Shown here piece by piece: positions 1-12,300 of a stretch of DNA of 58,356 bases. A program made the position numbers and the translations under genes. This DNA is from Octopus bimaculoides (lineage: Eukaryota): NCBI RefSeq assembly GCF_001194135.2, contig NC_068995.1, forward strand, positions 43,330,269 to 43,388,624, read 5' to 3'. The notes under the pieces were generated by a model. The model was not told where the DNA came from. It ran no database searches and worked only from the letters and a program-made list of their open reading frames with translations. Positions within the stretch are counted from its first letter, which is position 1, and the number at the start of each line of letters is the position of its first letter.

Positions 1-410
1 ATATATATATATATAGGTATGTTTGTATGTATGTGCATGCGAGAGTGTTCTTTGTTATTCAGATAATTATATGCATAAACAATGAATCGATTTAGCAGAA
101 ATCTGCAGTTGCAATGTTGTTTTACTCTCTTTCAATGGGACTCGATTTATCACTTTCTACAAGGATTATTTACTTTATATATGTCGAGTAACTTTCACAT
201 TCTGGATGGTGAATTGGATTTTTCATGCGTGATATCATGAAAAACGAGTTTTTGTATTATATCCGACGATACACACACACGCATACAAACACGGACACAC
301 ATACATGCACATACGCACTCATGCACACGCGCACACGAGCTTAAACACACGTACACATACACGCATGTGTGTATGTCTGTATATACATATGTATATATAT
401 GTATATATGC

Positions 411-462
<52 letters not shown>

Positions 463-864
463 TTATATATATATGTATGTTTATATATATATGTATATAT
501 ATATGTATATATGTATGCATGTATATATATATGTATATATANNNNNNNNNNNNNNNNNNNNNNNNNNNNNNNNNNNNNNNNNNNNNNNNNNNNNNNNNNN
601 NNNNNNNNNNNNNNNNNNNNNNNNNNNNNNNNNNNNNNNNNNNNNNNNNNNNNNNNNNNNNNNNNNNNNNNNNNNNNNNNNNNNNNNNNNNNNNNNNNNN
701 NNNNNNNNNNNNNNNNNNNNNNNNNNNNNNNNNNNNNNNNNNNNNNNNNNNNNNNNNNNNNNNNNNNNNNNNNNNNNNNNNNNNNNNNNNNNNNNNNNNN
801 NNNNNNNNNNNNNNNNNNNNNNNNNNNNNNNNNNNNNNNNNNNNNNNNNNNNNNNNNNNNNNNN

Positions 865-914
<50 letters not shown>

Positions 915-1891
915 CAAAACTCATCTCTGAAAACAAAATATTGACCTCCAATAACTTTTCATGCGATTTCTTCCCGCCATAGTTCGCACAACGTTCTCAA
1001 AATTATTTCGAGTTGCAAAACACATTTCCAGGAGTGAAACATTTTTCCTGCACTAAATTCTATTCTTTTCACTGCATCAAATCGGTGACCTGCAAGTTTG
1101 GGAGCCGTTGTTGGTGAAGGGTCACGGCAACAGTTCTAATCTAATGCTGAGAGAAGAATGCCTGGGGACTGGTCAGTATTTCATGCTTTGCCAAAAATTA
1201 ACTAATTCTGTTTCCATACCTCAAACCACTTTTTTCATGCCCTTTCCTTAACAATTGGAATTATACCTCTATATTGATTTTGTGTCCATGTGTGACTAAC
1301 TCACATTGTCTAACGAACTTATAATCGAAGAGGACATTCAGAATATATTTCAAATCAGACCATCTCGAATTTCGGTGCTTTATTTATTTTTTTTTTTTTT
1401 TTTTTTTTTTTTGCCTTTGTCACATCGGGGTTAATCGAAAGCATTCGATTTTCGCTATATTTGTTTTGGCCTCATTTGACATGCACACACCAGTGTCACG
1501 AGTTGGGACACTTCAGTTAACATCCACGTGAGTATTGAAATAATTCACAAGCTTTAACTATGATTCCATACTCTGTATGTTCAAATACAAGTAGATGCTG
1601 TACACGGTTTGCAGCAAGTAAATTCCAATCAGTGACCGTTTTAAACTTGCTGTTTACACTTCTACCGTTTAGTAAATCAACACGTTTCAAACAGAGGTAG
1701 ATGAATTTAATTCTAGGTGTTAAGAATTGCTCATTAGGAGTAAGATGGTCAATTCCAAACATCCGAAATCCAAGTATGTACGTTGGGGACTTAACTCCCT
1801 CAGTCATTAATTTTTTGCCTCTTCTATTGTTTTCACTTTTATTTATTTATTTTGCAATTAAGTTCTAATTCCTAATAAGCTACCCTTTTTA

Positions 1892-1934
<43 letters not shown>

Positions 1935-2013
1935 NNNNNNNNNNNNNNNNNNNNNNNNNNNNNNNNNNNNNNNNNNNNNNNNNNNNNNNNNNNNNNNNNN
2001 NNNNNNNNNNNNN

Positions 2014-2069
<56 letters not shown>

Positions 2070-2071
<2 letters not shown>

Positions 2072-2282
2072 AAATATGTTTATTTGTCTGAGTTTGTCCC
2101 CCCAACATCGCTTGACAACTAATGCTGGTGTGTTTATGTAACTTAGCGTTTCAGCAAGGACACTAATAGAATAATTACTAGGCCTACAAAGAATAAGTCC
2201 TGGGGCCGATTTAATCTACTAAAGGCGGCGCTCCAGTATGACCGCAGTTAAATGACTGAAACAAGTAAAAGAGTAAAAGATT
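2070..2282 (+). mobile_element. 3' half of the same SINE family, following (GT)n
   Basis: acaaagaataagtcctggggccgattt..actaaaggcggcgctccagtatgaccgc matches the reverse complement of 24378-24440. Smaller fragments lie at about 31311-31360 (+) and 53040-53090 (-). Confidence 0.75.
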
Positions 2283-3735
2283 AAAGAATAATACATATAT
2301 TTATATATACAGAATGTAATATACGATCGATATTAATATACAAACACAGACACATATATATGGGTATGTGTTTATGTATATATACATACATATATATACA
2401 CATATATATCTATGTATGTATGTATGTATGTATGTATGTATGAATGAATATGTACACATTATGTCGATAAGAAAAAGTCCAAGCTGTGTCTTCTTGAAGA
2501 AAATCTGCTCGTTCCCCTCATTACAAGTAAATATCTTATTGTTTTCCTTGTTTTCCTGGTGTGAGGTACATTTTGAAGCTGAGATTTCTGAAAATATTGC
2601 TGAAGGGTGTTACGAAATTTTACGTGGAGGAGAATAATGTATGATATTGTCTCTTTGAAGTTTTTCTGGCAGAGAATCAAATAATTACTTGATTCTCAGT
2701 CTGAAGAATTTATTTTTTGCTTCTCAGTTTGAAGAATTTCTAACAGAAGATATCTTACATGTTTCTACTCTATGTGCAGTTGTGCAACTTCTTTCCACAA
2801 ATGAATTATGCGTGGTTGTTACTAAATAATACCAAAACAATTCCATGTTTCAGAGAGAAAGAAGTTCCTAGTGTAAATCACCAAACCAAAATAAACTATG
2901 AATGGTGTTTCTCAAAAAGATGATGAGTTCAATATAAAATGAAAGACACATTATAAAATGTGGCCGTAGATATATAACAAAGAGAATGAATACGGTGACA
3001 AAGCCTAAGACCATATGTCTGCTGAATCGGTGCAAATGTGGGAACAAACAAGTACGATATAACATCACGTTTCTTGAAGAATATTATCTCTACAAATACA
3101 TTTCTGACTTGAGTTCCATATAGATACTTACAGTTATAATGAAAGGTGTTGAGTGAAAATATTCTAATTCAATCAAATTAGAAATTTGTAAATATGAACG
3201 AATTGCCGGAAGCAAGCAAACTACTCGAACTATAATGGAAAAAGTACAGAATTATAGAAATAGTGAGTATGAACGTTTCCGCCTGAGAAACATTATTAAA
3301 GAAGTCAAACAAACGACCAATATTGAGATGTGACATATTTATTGGCAGCAAAACGTACTTGTTAAAATGACTATTTGCATTAGAAACCTTTTAACAATAG
3401 ACACGGAGTTACAACCGCGATGAAATATAAGTAAACTTCATATTACAATAATACTAAGCAACGGAGGGTACTACTGCCATTTACCAAACGCATGTCAGAA
3501 TCTATGTTTGTGATTATATAAAGTAAATGTCGAGAGAATGAGAGGGGAAAAGTTCATGAAAGAAATTGAAAAAGAAATACATTGAACATGGAGAGAGTAT
3601 ATGTTATATGGTCAGACTTTGAAGTAAACGGGAAATAGAAGAGAAAAAAAGAAACAGGGAAGTTGGGTATAACAAAGATAATACTGAGGGGAAACGCTAA
3701 CTGTGCTGCTTTGGGAGACACAATTAGAGAAAAAG

Positions 3736-3777
<42 letters not shown>

Positions 3778-3954
3778 ATAATATTAGGGACAAAATCCAA
3801 AATTNNNNNNNNNNNNNNNNNNNNNNNNNNNNNNNNNNNNNNNNNNNNNNNNNNNNNNNNNNNNNNNNNNNNNNNNNNNNNNNNNNNNNNNNNNNNNNNN
3901 NNNNNNNNNNNNNNNNNNNNNNNNNNNNNNNNNNNNNNNNNNNNNNNNNNNNNN

Positions 3955-4014
<60 letters not shown>

Positions 4015-4269
4015 AAACAATTACGATGATAGACTCAAGAGCTGTATTTTGAAAACATCATTTGATCTGCACCTGTATTTTCATGGCGCAAATGCTGTAG
4101 AAGAAAAAGGGCTATGGAGTAAATGAACTATGTGCTTCTATTGCCAGACAGATATGGAGACATTCGTAATGCCGAAATAAACATGAAAAACTGATGTCAA
4201 GCCTTTGTGATTTCAGAATTGAAAAGTAGATATCATGTCTGTGCTTGTGTTTGTGTCTGTGTGTTTGTG

Positions 4270-4620
4270 TGTCTGGATGTGTGCGTGTACCTGAGAAAAT
4301 CTTTGGACATCATGATCCTGGCCCACAGCACGGTCTTAGTTTTGAGGGCAGAGAGGTTGGTATCTTTATCAAGCTTACTCCACAGACAGTAATCTATGAG
4401 ATTACAATCGACGGAATTAGGAAGCCAGAATTGTAGCTCTGTGAAGTAGTAGAATAATTTCGACAACCTCTTTTGAATCTTTCTGGAGGTAAGATCAGCG
4501 GTCGAGTCCTGCTGACATACATTCGGTTTTCCAGCAGCACCCATTTTCGGCCAAATTTGACCACGGACTTCAGCAGCAGAAGTATTTATGGAAAATCGTC
4601 AAACTTACCCTAAACCTTCA
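4270..4620 (-). mobile_element. maT (DD37D) Tc1/mariner transposase relic, catalytic C-terminal part
   Basis: Minus frame AAGKPNVCQQDSTADLTSRKIQKRLSKLFYYFTELQFWLPNSVDCNLIDYCLWSKL has exactly 37 residues between the D of QQD and the D of NLID. The WxPNSxDCNxxDY motif is present. Confidence 0.85.
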
Positions 4621-4636
4621 GTACATGTCTTGTGAG

Positions 4637-4709
4637 TAAGAATTAAGTTTCAATGGTAAAATGCCTGTCATGTTTACATGAGAGGTGGGATCGAATCCCA
4701 CAGGCAGCA
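4637..4709 (+). pseudogene. tRNA-like relic (pseudogene or SINE head)
   Basis: There is a D-arm-like gtttcaatggtaaaat and a perfect T-arm GTGGG-ATCGAAT-CCCAC, but no acceptor-stem pairing and a non-canonical anticodon loop. Confidence 0.35.
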
Positions 4710-7249
4710 TTCGTCTTTGCCTGTGCAAAATATTTTTGACCTAATATTTACACGCTTGATATCGTTTTCCCCTGTTAATATTAAGTGTTTGATATTTTAA
4801 GGATATGTGTGTGGTTGCCGTGAGTCAAGGGAGATAATACCGTTGACAATCCATCACATTACAGTGATACACTCTACATAGCAATACGTTCGTGTACATA
4901 AGGTGGTTTTATAAATATGAGCTAGTTTCGAATGCGTTGCTTGCAGTTTATGGAAGCGACATCTATCAAACAGAGTCTCACCTGTTCAGTTGGCAGAGAT
5001 TTTTGAGAATCATTAAAATTAACTTCATATTGGTATGACCTGAGCAGCTCTGAAGCTCCTCAATTTATTTTCCTGTTTAGCCATTTATTTTTTTAGGGAA
5101 ACATCGCCATACAGATCTTTAAACTAGATATTAATCAACCCAAACAATCTCTCAATTATAGAAATGCCTGCAGAGATGATTTGCGCTGTTCGCTTCATCT
5201 GACAAACTTCTAAATCAAGATGTCTACACTATCTCTAATATCATATTAATTCCGAGGTCTTCGAGTAACTTCGGTTCGGAATGAAATTAAATGACAAATT
5301 TCTAATTTTAATGTTTTAAAACCTCATTCAGCCAAAAAAAAAATTAAAAGGACAAATTTAAGAAATTAAGGTATTCTTTTATGTTTGCGTGAGCATGCGT
5401 ATGTGCACTTTCTGTGTGAGTATATTGTGTGTGTGATTGTGTGTGAATGAATGTGAGTGAGAGAGAGATTGCTCACGGCTCTTAGCAAAACATTGAGAGC
5501 AATTGAGACATTTAAATTACTGAATAATTGAGTTACTATCCTTGACTTTATTTTACTCATTTAGTTATTATGTTACCGTAACAGTGGCGAATATATTTAA
5601 TTGAAGTCTTGAGGTAGGATCCTGTGAAAAAATGAATTCAGCCTTTGTATTGTATTTCAATGCTTCGAGCGAGAGTTAAGAGTATTATTGAATCGAGTTG
5701 AAATATTTGCGCCATTACATTCATTTGAATATCGTTATTAATGTAGGTTCAATCCACACAGTGCCCAATTAATCATCTGTCCGCAATGGAACTGAAATTA
5801 CAATGTCCATTGTCGTCTAAAGAATACTTTTGCTGCTTAATAATTGCCTGGAGTGATTGTAACAAAAGTAAATTCAATATTTATGCGGCATTTAAATGTC
5901 GGAGTGAACAATTCGCCATTACAAATATAGATTGGATTCCTACATTGCAGCGATTCAACATATTAGTAAAGATTAGAGAAACAGTTAGATGGTATAACTG
6001 ATGACAATTCTTCTAAGACTCAACAACCGACATATTTGGGGTAAAGGGCAAGGTTAACGGGATGTTGAATAATTTACTAGTTTTCCAGTCTAAACTAAAT
6101 ATTGTTCGTGTTCATGAAACAAGATATTACACCGTGGCAAATGTAATTTCATAAGCACTAGTTATTGCAAGCACATGGCAACAACTTCCTAATTGAAACA
6201 CACCTGAAATAAGATCTGCAAGACTGGTTTGAACTTAGGAATAATAATAATGACGCGGAATAAAATCGGAAATCTGAGAAAATTACGGAATGCCTGGGCT
6301 GGTGACAGTTAATCCGCAGAGAATCTCGTAGAAAGTTCAATGAATTTCACAAGCGATGTTTGGGCTATACGTTGCATATGAGAATGGAAATTATAGAGTA
6401 AGAAATATGGTGTGCCATTTAAGTGGCATTCTAGTATGTCTTCATTCCTCAATTATAGCAAAGTGCTATACCTCTTATAACTTATACCTATGCTTTTTCT
6501 ACCACTCTACTAATGCTAAGACATTGATTTCAATCAATTACTAGATTGATTCTTATAACCTAACTCGATTCTTATCTCATCAGCACAACATACAAAGGAA
6601 GTAACATTTTTGTTATCCCTGTATATCTAAGAATTATGATCCCAGTAAATGTCTAATAACATTAATTAAGTAAATAAGATCTGGGATTCACTAATTTTGA
6701 TAATAATAACCGATTGATAATACTAACCCTGATTATGAGCAGCTTTCTCTAATTATCACAATTGTATCTGGACGGCGTCAGATTTGAATGAAATATTCGT
6801 CTTCTTTGCGAAATTGTTTTAAATAATTCTTTCTCTAGTAATTTCTGTACTTTCTTTCCTATCACTGCTATTAATATACATTTCATTAACTAGGAATGTG
6901 AAGTGACAATTTGATTTGTTAGTGGTTGTTTTCATGTCTAAACTATCTTTAACTTCTTGAAACTAAAGCTGTGTTTCCCAAACTTAAAAATATTAGATTT
7001 TGTCTGACATAAACGAAAGGTCACAAGTTTTGAAGGGAGTGGATTAATCGCTACCATAAACCTCATTTCTTTACTGGTTCTATACTTTCTCAAACCCGGA
7101 AGGATGAAAGGCAAAAATGACCGAGGCAAGATTTGAAATCAGAAATAAAGTAAAGGGCGGAAGAAATTCCGCAATGCATTTTCCCGATGCTCTAACATGA
7201 AATAGTCTCTCATGGTAACTTGTTAGCATGGCAACTGACAATCTGTCGA

Positions 7250-7560
7250 TTGCAATATGAATGTTCCAGTTGATCCGATCAATATAACAGCCTGCTCATG
7301 AAATTAACGTGCAAATGGCTGAGTATTCTTCAGACAGGTGTACCTTTAACGTAGTTCTAAGGGGGATTTTGTGTGACACGCAAAGTGACAAGGCTAGCCC
7401 TTTGAAATACAGGTACAACTCATCTTTGCCAGCTGAGTGGACTAGAGCAACATGAAATAAAGTGTCTTGCATAAGGACACAGTGGGATACAATGAATCGA
7501 ACTCACGATCGAACTCACGATCCATATATCCTAACCGCTAAGCAGCACGCCTATACTGCT
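7250..7560 (-). mobile_element. tRNA-derived SINE (second family)
   Basis: The B-box-like GAGTTCGATTC and A-box-like gcttagcggttagg lie on the minus strand at about 7490-7545, with a 12-bp duplication cgaactcacgat. The body is related to 18961-19010 and the head to 37820-37930 (+). Confidence 0.65.
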
Positions 7561-7564
7561 AACG

Positions 7565-7765
7565 CTGCTATTAGAGTGCCCTGCAGTATTTGTTCCGGTT
7601 CTTCATATCCTGGGTTAGGGTTAGGGTTAGTTCAAATTCCGCCGAGGTCGACTTTACCTTCCATTCTCTCGATGTCGCTAAAATAATTAAGTAATAGGGT
7701 GGATTTAATTGATTTATCAAACCAACACACTTGCTGGCCTTGTGCCAAAATTAAGAAATCATTAG
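7565..7765 (+). mobile_element. Abundant SINE family copy containing an inserted telomeric tract
   Basis: ttcaaattccgccgaggtcgactttaccttcc...gctggccttgtgccaaaatt is shared with 11874-12080 and 20090-20252. Confidence 0.75.
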
Positions 7766-8212
7766 TGACGTTGTTACTGCAACTACTACTACTACTATAG
7801 GGTGGTAGAAGTTAGTTACTCGAATCACCCCCATCACTTCATTTAGGCAATAGGTCTATGCCGTCCTTTTCCCAGCACACACTTCATTCCCATCGTTGCT
7901 TTATATACAAGATTAGCTTAAAAGCGGCATTTCAGACGGACTGACAGAATTTCACGTTTATTATAATACATCTACTCACTATTGTTCTGTCAAATAATTC
8001 TATTATTAATTACAGCAGGATATTAATTACAGCAGTACACTCCTTTCTTTCTAAAGTTCCACGTCCTTGAAATTGCAACCCCATCCATTTTTATTTCCTG
8101 CAGCGTCATAATTCAGATATTCATTTTGAATTTCAGCTGCATCGGTCGCATCTCTTTGATTAGCTCCAAAGAAACACAGATATATTTTCTCCTTTAAAAT
8201 TATTGGCTAGAT

Positions 8213-8216
<4 letters not shown>

Positions 8217-8268
<52 letters not shown>
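8217..8268 (+). repeat. (AG)n microsatellite
   Basis: About 26 perfect AG units. Confidence 0.95.
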
Positions 8269-8271
<3 letters not shown>

Positions 8272-9301
8272 ATAAATAGTTAAACTTCTTAAAGGGAATT
8301 TTGCTAGTTGAGAACCTCAGAACATTCTGCTGTTACTTTCATAATTAAGTTGTAACCGATGCTGCATTAACGAAGATTTCTAATCTAAGATAACATATAA
8401 ATACATATAGACATACATACCTGTTTGTATGTATGTATGTATGTATGTATATGTATATATATTCAGCAGTATAGATTTCAATATCTATATAAATCAATCA
8501 CACAAAACTCAGAAATGCTTTAATCTTTGTAACATAATTGTGTCTTGGAAATCAAGATATATGTTGACCTCTGAGATGCAATATTCATGTCTATTGTTGT
8601 GCGTTTTATCATCCATCATTTGCGATATTGTGCTATGGAAGGACGTCCGAAACTGGAGAAATATAATAGTCTAGACATTAATGTAATTATAGGAGAAAGA
8701 AAAAGCTGAGATGATGCTGGGGTAGATATGGGTGTCAACCAGAGAAAAATATCACTGTAGTCCTCGTACTAACAGATAGATGAGAAACTATATTGATAAA
8801 GCTAATAATCATTGCTGTCATCATTATTAGCAGCAAGTATATGCGTATAATGAAATGAAAATGTACTCCGAAATTTTAACTTAAACAAATTACTACATGC
8901 GCACACAGATCCGCTGATCTAGTCGGAGTTTGAACTCGAAGTGCCGGAACATATACCACGAAGTATTGAGAGTGAGGTTTGTACGACTGTACCAATTAGC
9001 CCGCGGGTGTGTATACATTTGCTTTTACACATATACATTACACACACACACACACATATAGATGTAATATATATATATATATATATATATATTTAGACAC
9101 AGATAGAAAGAAATGTATGTGTATATATATATATATATATAATGTGAGAGAGAGGGAGAGAGAAGCTTCTTTGATTGCTTTCATTAAGTTGACGAGAATG
9201 TGTACACACGTACACAGAAAATTGTACAGCTTTTTGTTTGTTTGTTTTTTTTTATACTATCTTGGATTCCATACAAATTATATATCAGGAAAACTATTCA
9301 C

Positions 9302-9478
9302 CAAGAAGAAGAAGAAGAACAACAACAACAACAACAAGATGATGATGATGATGATGATGACGATGACGATGACGATGATGATGAAGAAGAAGAAGTGGTG
9401 GTGGTGGTGGTGGTGGTAGTAGTAGTAGTAATAGTAGTAGTAGTAGTGGTAGTGGTAGTAGGAGGAGGAGGAGGAGGG
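9302..9478 (+). repeat. Compound trinucleotide microsatellite
   Basis: In-phase blocks GAA, CAA, GAT/GAC, GAA, GTG, GTA, GGA. Confidence 0.95.
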
Positions 9479-10024
9479 AGTTGGAAAAATCCAGAGAAAG
9501 CTAATGCCTAAATATACTGGTAATTAACAACTTATTAGTTAAAACGTAGATGTTCCGAAAATTATATATTTAAAAATAATTCTTGCCTTTCTTGTTTTTT
9601 TTTTCTTCAAAGTAACGACAATTCTAATTGTAATAATGATTTATTGTATTGGGCAGAAAGCCAGGAATTTGCTGAGTAGAGTCAGGTAGAATGAGAAAAT
9701 GCCATAACAAGATCGTTGCTTATTTTATCACTTCTGGTAGCATAAATGGTAAAATTTCAAATCCCAGTTTAAATGAACTTAAAATATTTAGCTGTGCACT
9801 TTACCTCTCGCTTCACTCAAAACACATCGACATTTCTTGGTTATATTGGGGAGCAAAATAAGCTGAAATTCCATAACGTTATTCCTCGACCTCAGGAAGG
9901 TAAAAGTTAATAACTTCAGCTGCAGTGGTATTTGAACTCATAACGTAAAGGAGAATAGTTATATATAGCAAAAAAATATTTAGGTTACTGTACTACTGGT
10001 TTTGATACCTTTCAGCTGCAATCT

Positions 10025-10160
10025 GCGGCAAGGTGACAGAATCATTAGAGCGTGGCATATAATACAATGCAGTTTTCAGTTCGCACTCACTGCGCTATGA
10101 GTTCAATTCCTGTCGAGGTCAACTTTGCTGCTCGTCCTTTCAGGATCGATAAGTGAAATG
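10025..10160 (+). mobile_element. Abundant SINE family copy (5' part)
   Basis: gcggcaaggtgacagaatcattagagcg...tgagttcaattcctgtcgaggtcaactttgc aligns with the other copies. Confidence 0.7.
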
Positions 10161-10719
10161 AAATTTCAGAGCGATAGAATAAGTAGGACTGTAGGAACGT
10201 AGTTGTTACGATTGTTACTGTTCTGAGTTCAAATCCCTGTATGATTTAATTGAGTGTTAAACTTAATCAGTGGTCTGTTGTAACGCCTAGCACCTTTGGA
10301 CCAGTTAAATTAATCAATCTGATGCATGTATTCAAAACAGGTTTCTAGATTAATACTAACTTCCTCACTAATTTCACTCCCAGCTTTTCTCCCTTCCTCT
10401 CACCTTTTCCCCTCAAGGGACCCAGTAACAGGTGGTATGTCCTGCCCAGCCCTCGTGAGTACAAGATTAAAAAATGAATTCTGTTTACTTAGGCATTTCT
10501 ATTTAGAGTCATATTTCGATAAAGTTAACCCCAATACTTTCTTGTAATTAATTTGTATACAGGTGGAAGTATCGAAGTAAAGATTGACTGTGCAAGAACG
10601 GAAAACATGTGTCTTGCTTTAGTTTCTCAACGTCTAGCTGAAACCATAACGACGCCGCCTTGATATCAGGCGTGTCTTGGGCAATTTAAACTTCCCTCCC
10701 CAGTTTTGATACATTTCAT

Positions 10720-10800
10720 GCAGAAGAAACAGACAGGCAGAAGAAACAGACAGGCAGAAGAAACAGACAGGCAGAAGAAACAGACAGGCAGAAATACAGA
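10720..10800 (+). repeat. 17-bp minisatellite, 4 perfect copies plus a partial
   Basis: Unit GCAGAAGAAACAGACAG. Confidence 0.95.
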
Positions 10801-10954
10801 GAAAGCAAAGCTGACCTCGTCGATATATTAACTCAGAGACCTGGCACGATTACCGCAAAGCAACGAAGCCGACGAGTTAACGGTTCTGCTGGCAGCCTTA
10901 TGTAACTAAAACTGCTCTGCAGATTTTATGTATGAAGTGAACTATTATTTGTTT

Positions 10955-11125
10955 CAAATTTGGGCACAAGACCAGCAATTTCGGAGTAGAGTCTAAATCG
11001 ATTACACGAAAAAATGGGGTGGGGGCAATGTTTACCTTGGCGAAATTTGAACTCAGAACGTAAGGACTGATGAAAAAAGCATGTAGCCCGGTGCGCAAAC
11101 AATACAGCCAGCTCGCTGCCGTTTA
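10955..11125 (-). mobile_element. Abundant SINE family copy, reverse orientation
   Basis: The reverse complement reads ggcagcgagctggc...ccttacgttctgagttcaaatttcgccaaggtaaacattgcc...gctggtcttgtgcccaaatttgaaac. Confidence 0.7.
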
Positions 11126-11873
11126 ATGTGATCTAATATTAATGATTTTTGTCTTAATTCTCCACTTAACGGTTACTTTAAATATGCAATTGCTTGTTTA
11201 AACATAATTAGCGAGAACGGTTTAGCTTCAAAGGAGACTATAGAAGATATTTAATGAGAAAATTTAAAAAAACAACAAAGTATATAGATACCGCTTCTAG
11301 TTTGCTGAAAAACTTCAATGTGAGATGATAGATTTATATATAACAGATAGAGTCTCATTAACGTATTTTCCTGTAGTAATATTACAAAACCGGAATGCAT
11401 AGTTACAGTCCCAAGCAAACAATAGTATACCAAAATGGCACGAAATCTTCCAATAAAAATCCAGTGTCTCTTTTCTTATTTGTACTGTTTTTTTTTTCTC
11501 TCATAGAAAGCAAAACAGATACAACTGACGTGAAATCAATACGTATATCATATTATAATGAGTATTATATTCTCACCTAGAATTGCTGTTAGCCAAGTAA
11601 AACTCGCAAAACAAAAAAAGAAACAGCTTTCCAACAATTTTAAGAAACTTTAGCATTTTATTTTCGTACTTCATCAAAACGACTAACTTTACTCTGATAT
11701 TAATAGACTGATTGTTTGGTGAATTATTTCTCTCTTATCCAATGTAAATATATATGTCGTTTTCTTTCTAATAAATAATGATTCTTGTTTTGAAAGTGCT
11801 GTGTTTTAGTGTTGAAATTTCAGTATGTAATCAATACCAGCACATATTTTTTTTTATATCAAGTCAGTACAGT

Positions 11874-12300
11874 AGGGCGGCGACCAGACAGACTCGTTAG
11901 CATGCTGGAGAAAATGCTTAGCTGCATTTCGTCCGTCTTTGTGTTCTGAGTTAAAACTCCGCTGGGATCTACTTTGCATTTTATCATTTCGTGGTCAATA
12001 CAATAAAGGCCAGTAGAGGACTGGGGGTAGATGTAATCGATTTATTCCTCCCCTGAAATTGCTAGCCTTGTGCCAAAATTTGAAATCAGTATTATGCCAA
12101 TACATAAGGCGGTGAACTGCCAAAATCGTTAGCGGCTTTTCGTCCTCTATTACGTTTTCATTTGAAATGCCGCTGAAGTCGATGTTGTCTTTCATCTCTT
12201 TTATGGCTAGTTGATTACATCGTCCCAAAAGCACCGGTGGCGAACTAATCGATTAGCCCTCTCCCAGGAAACCGTTGGCCTTGTGCTGAATTTTCAAACA
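11874..12300 (+). mobile_element. Two head-to-tail copies of the abundant SINE
   Basis: The copies span about 11874-12080 and 12092-12300. Each begins (a/g)ggcgg(c/t)ga and ends ccttgtgc(c/t)(a/g)aa..tt..aa. Confidence 0.7.

Noticed and set aside
1517-1807. 96-aa minus-strand ORF with faint hAT C-terminal flavour
   Set aside because: No diagnostic motif could be aligned confidently, so it is left unassigned.
6555-6595. Minus-strand CUGAUGA-GAU AAGA AUC-GAG resembling a hammerhead
   Set aside because: GAAA is absent and there is no stem I or III partner, so it is likely chance.
9200-9511. Poly-E/Q/D/V/G ORF as a protein-coding gene
   Set aside because: It is fully explained by a compound triplet microsatellite, with no splice or homology support.
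10720-10800. Regular direct repeats as a CRISPR-like array
   Set aside because: The units are contiguous with no spacers, the context is eukaryotic and there are no cas genes. The same applies to 22397-22459 and 48480-48582.
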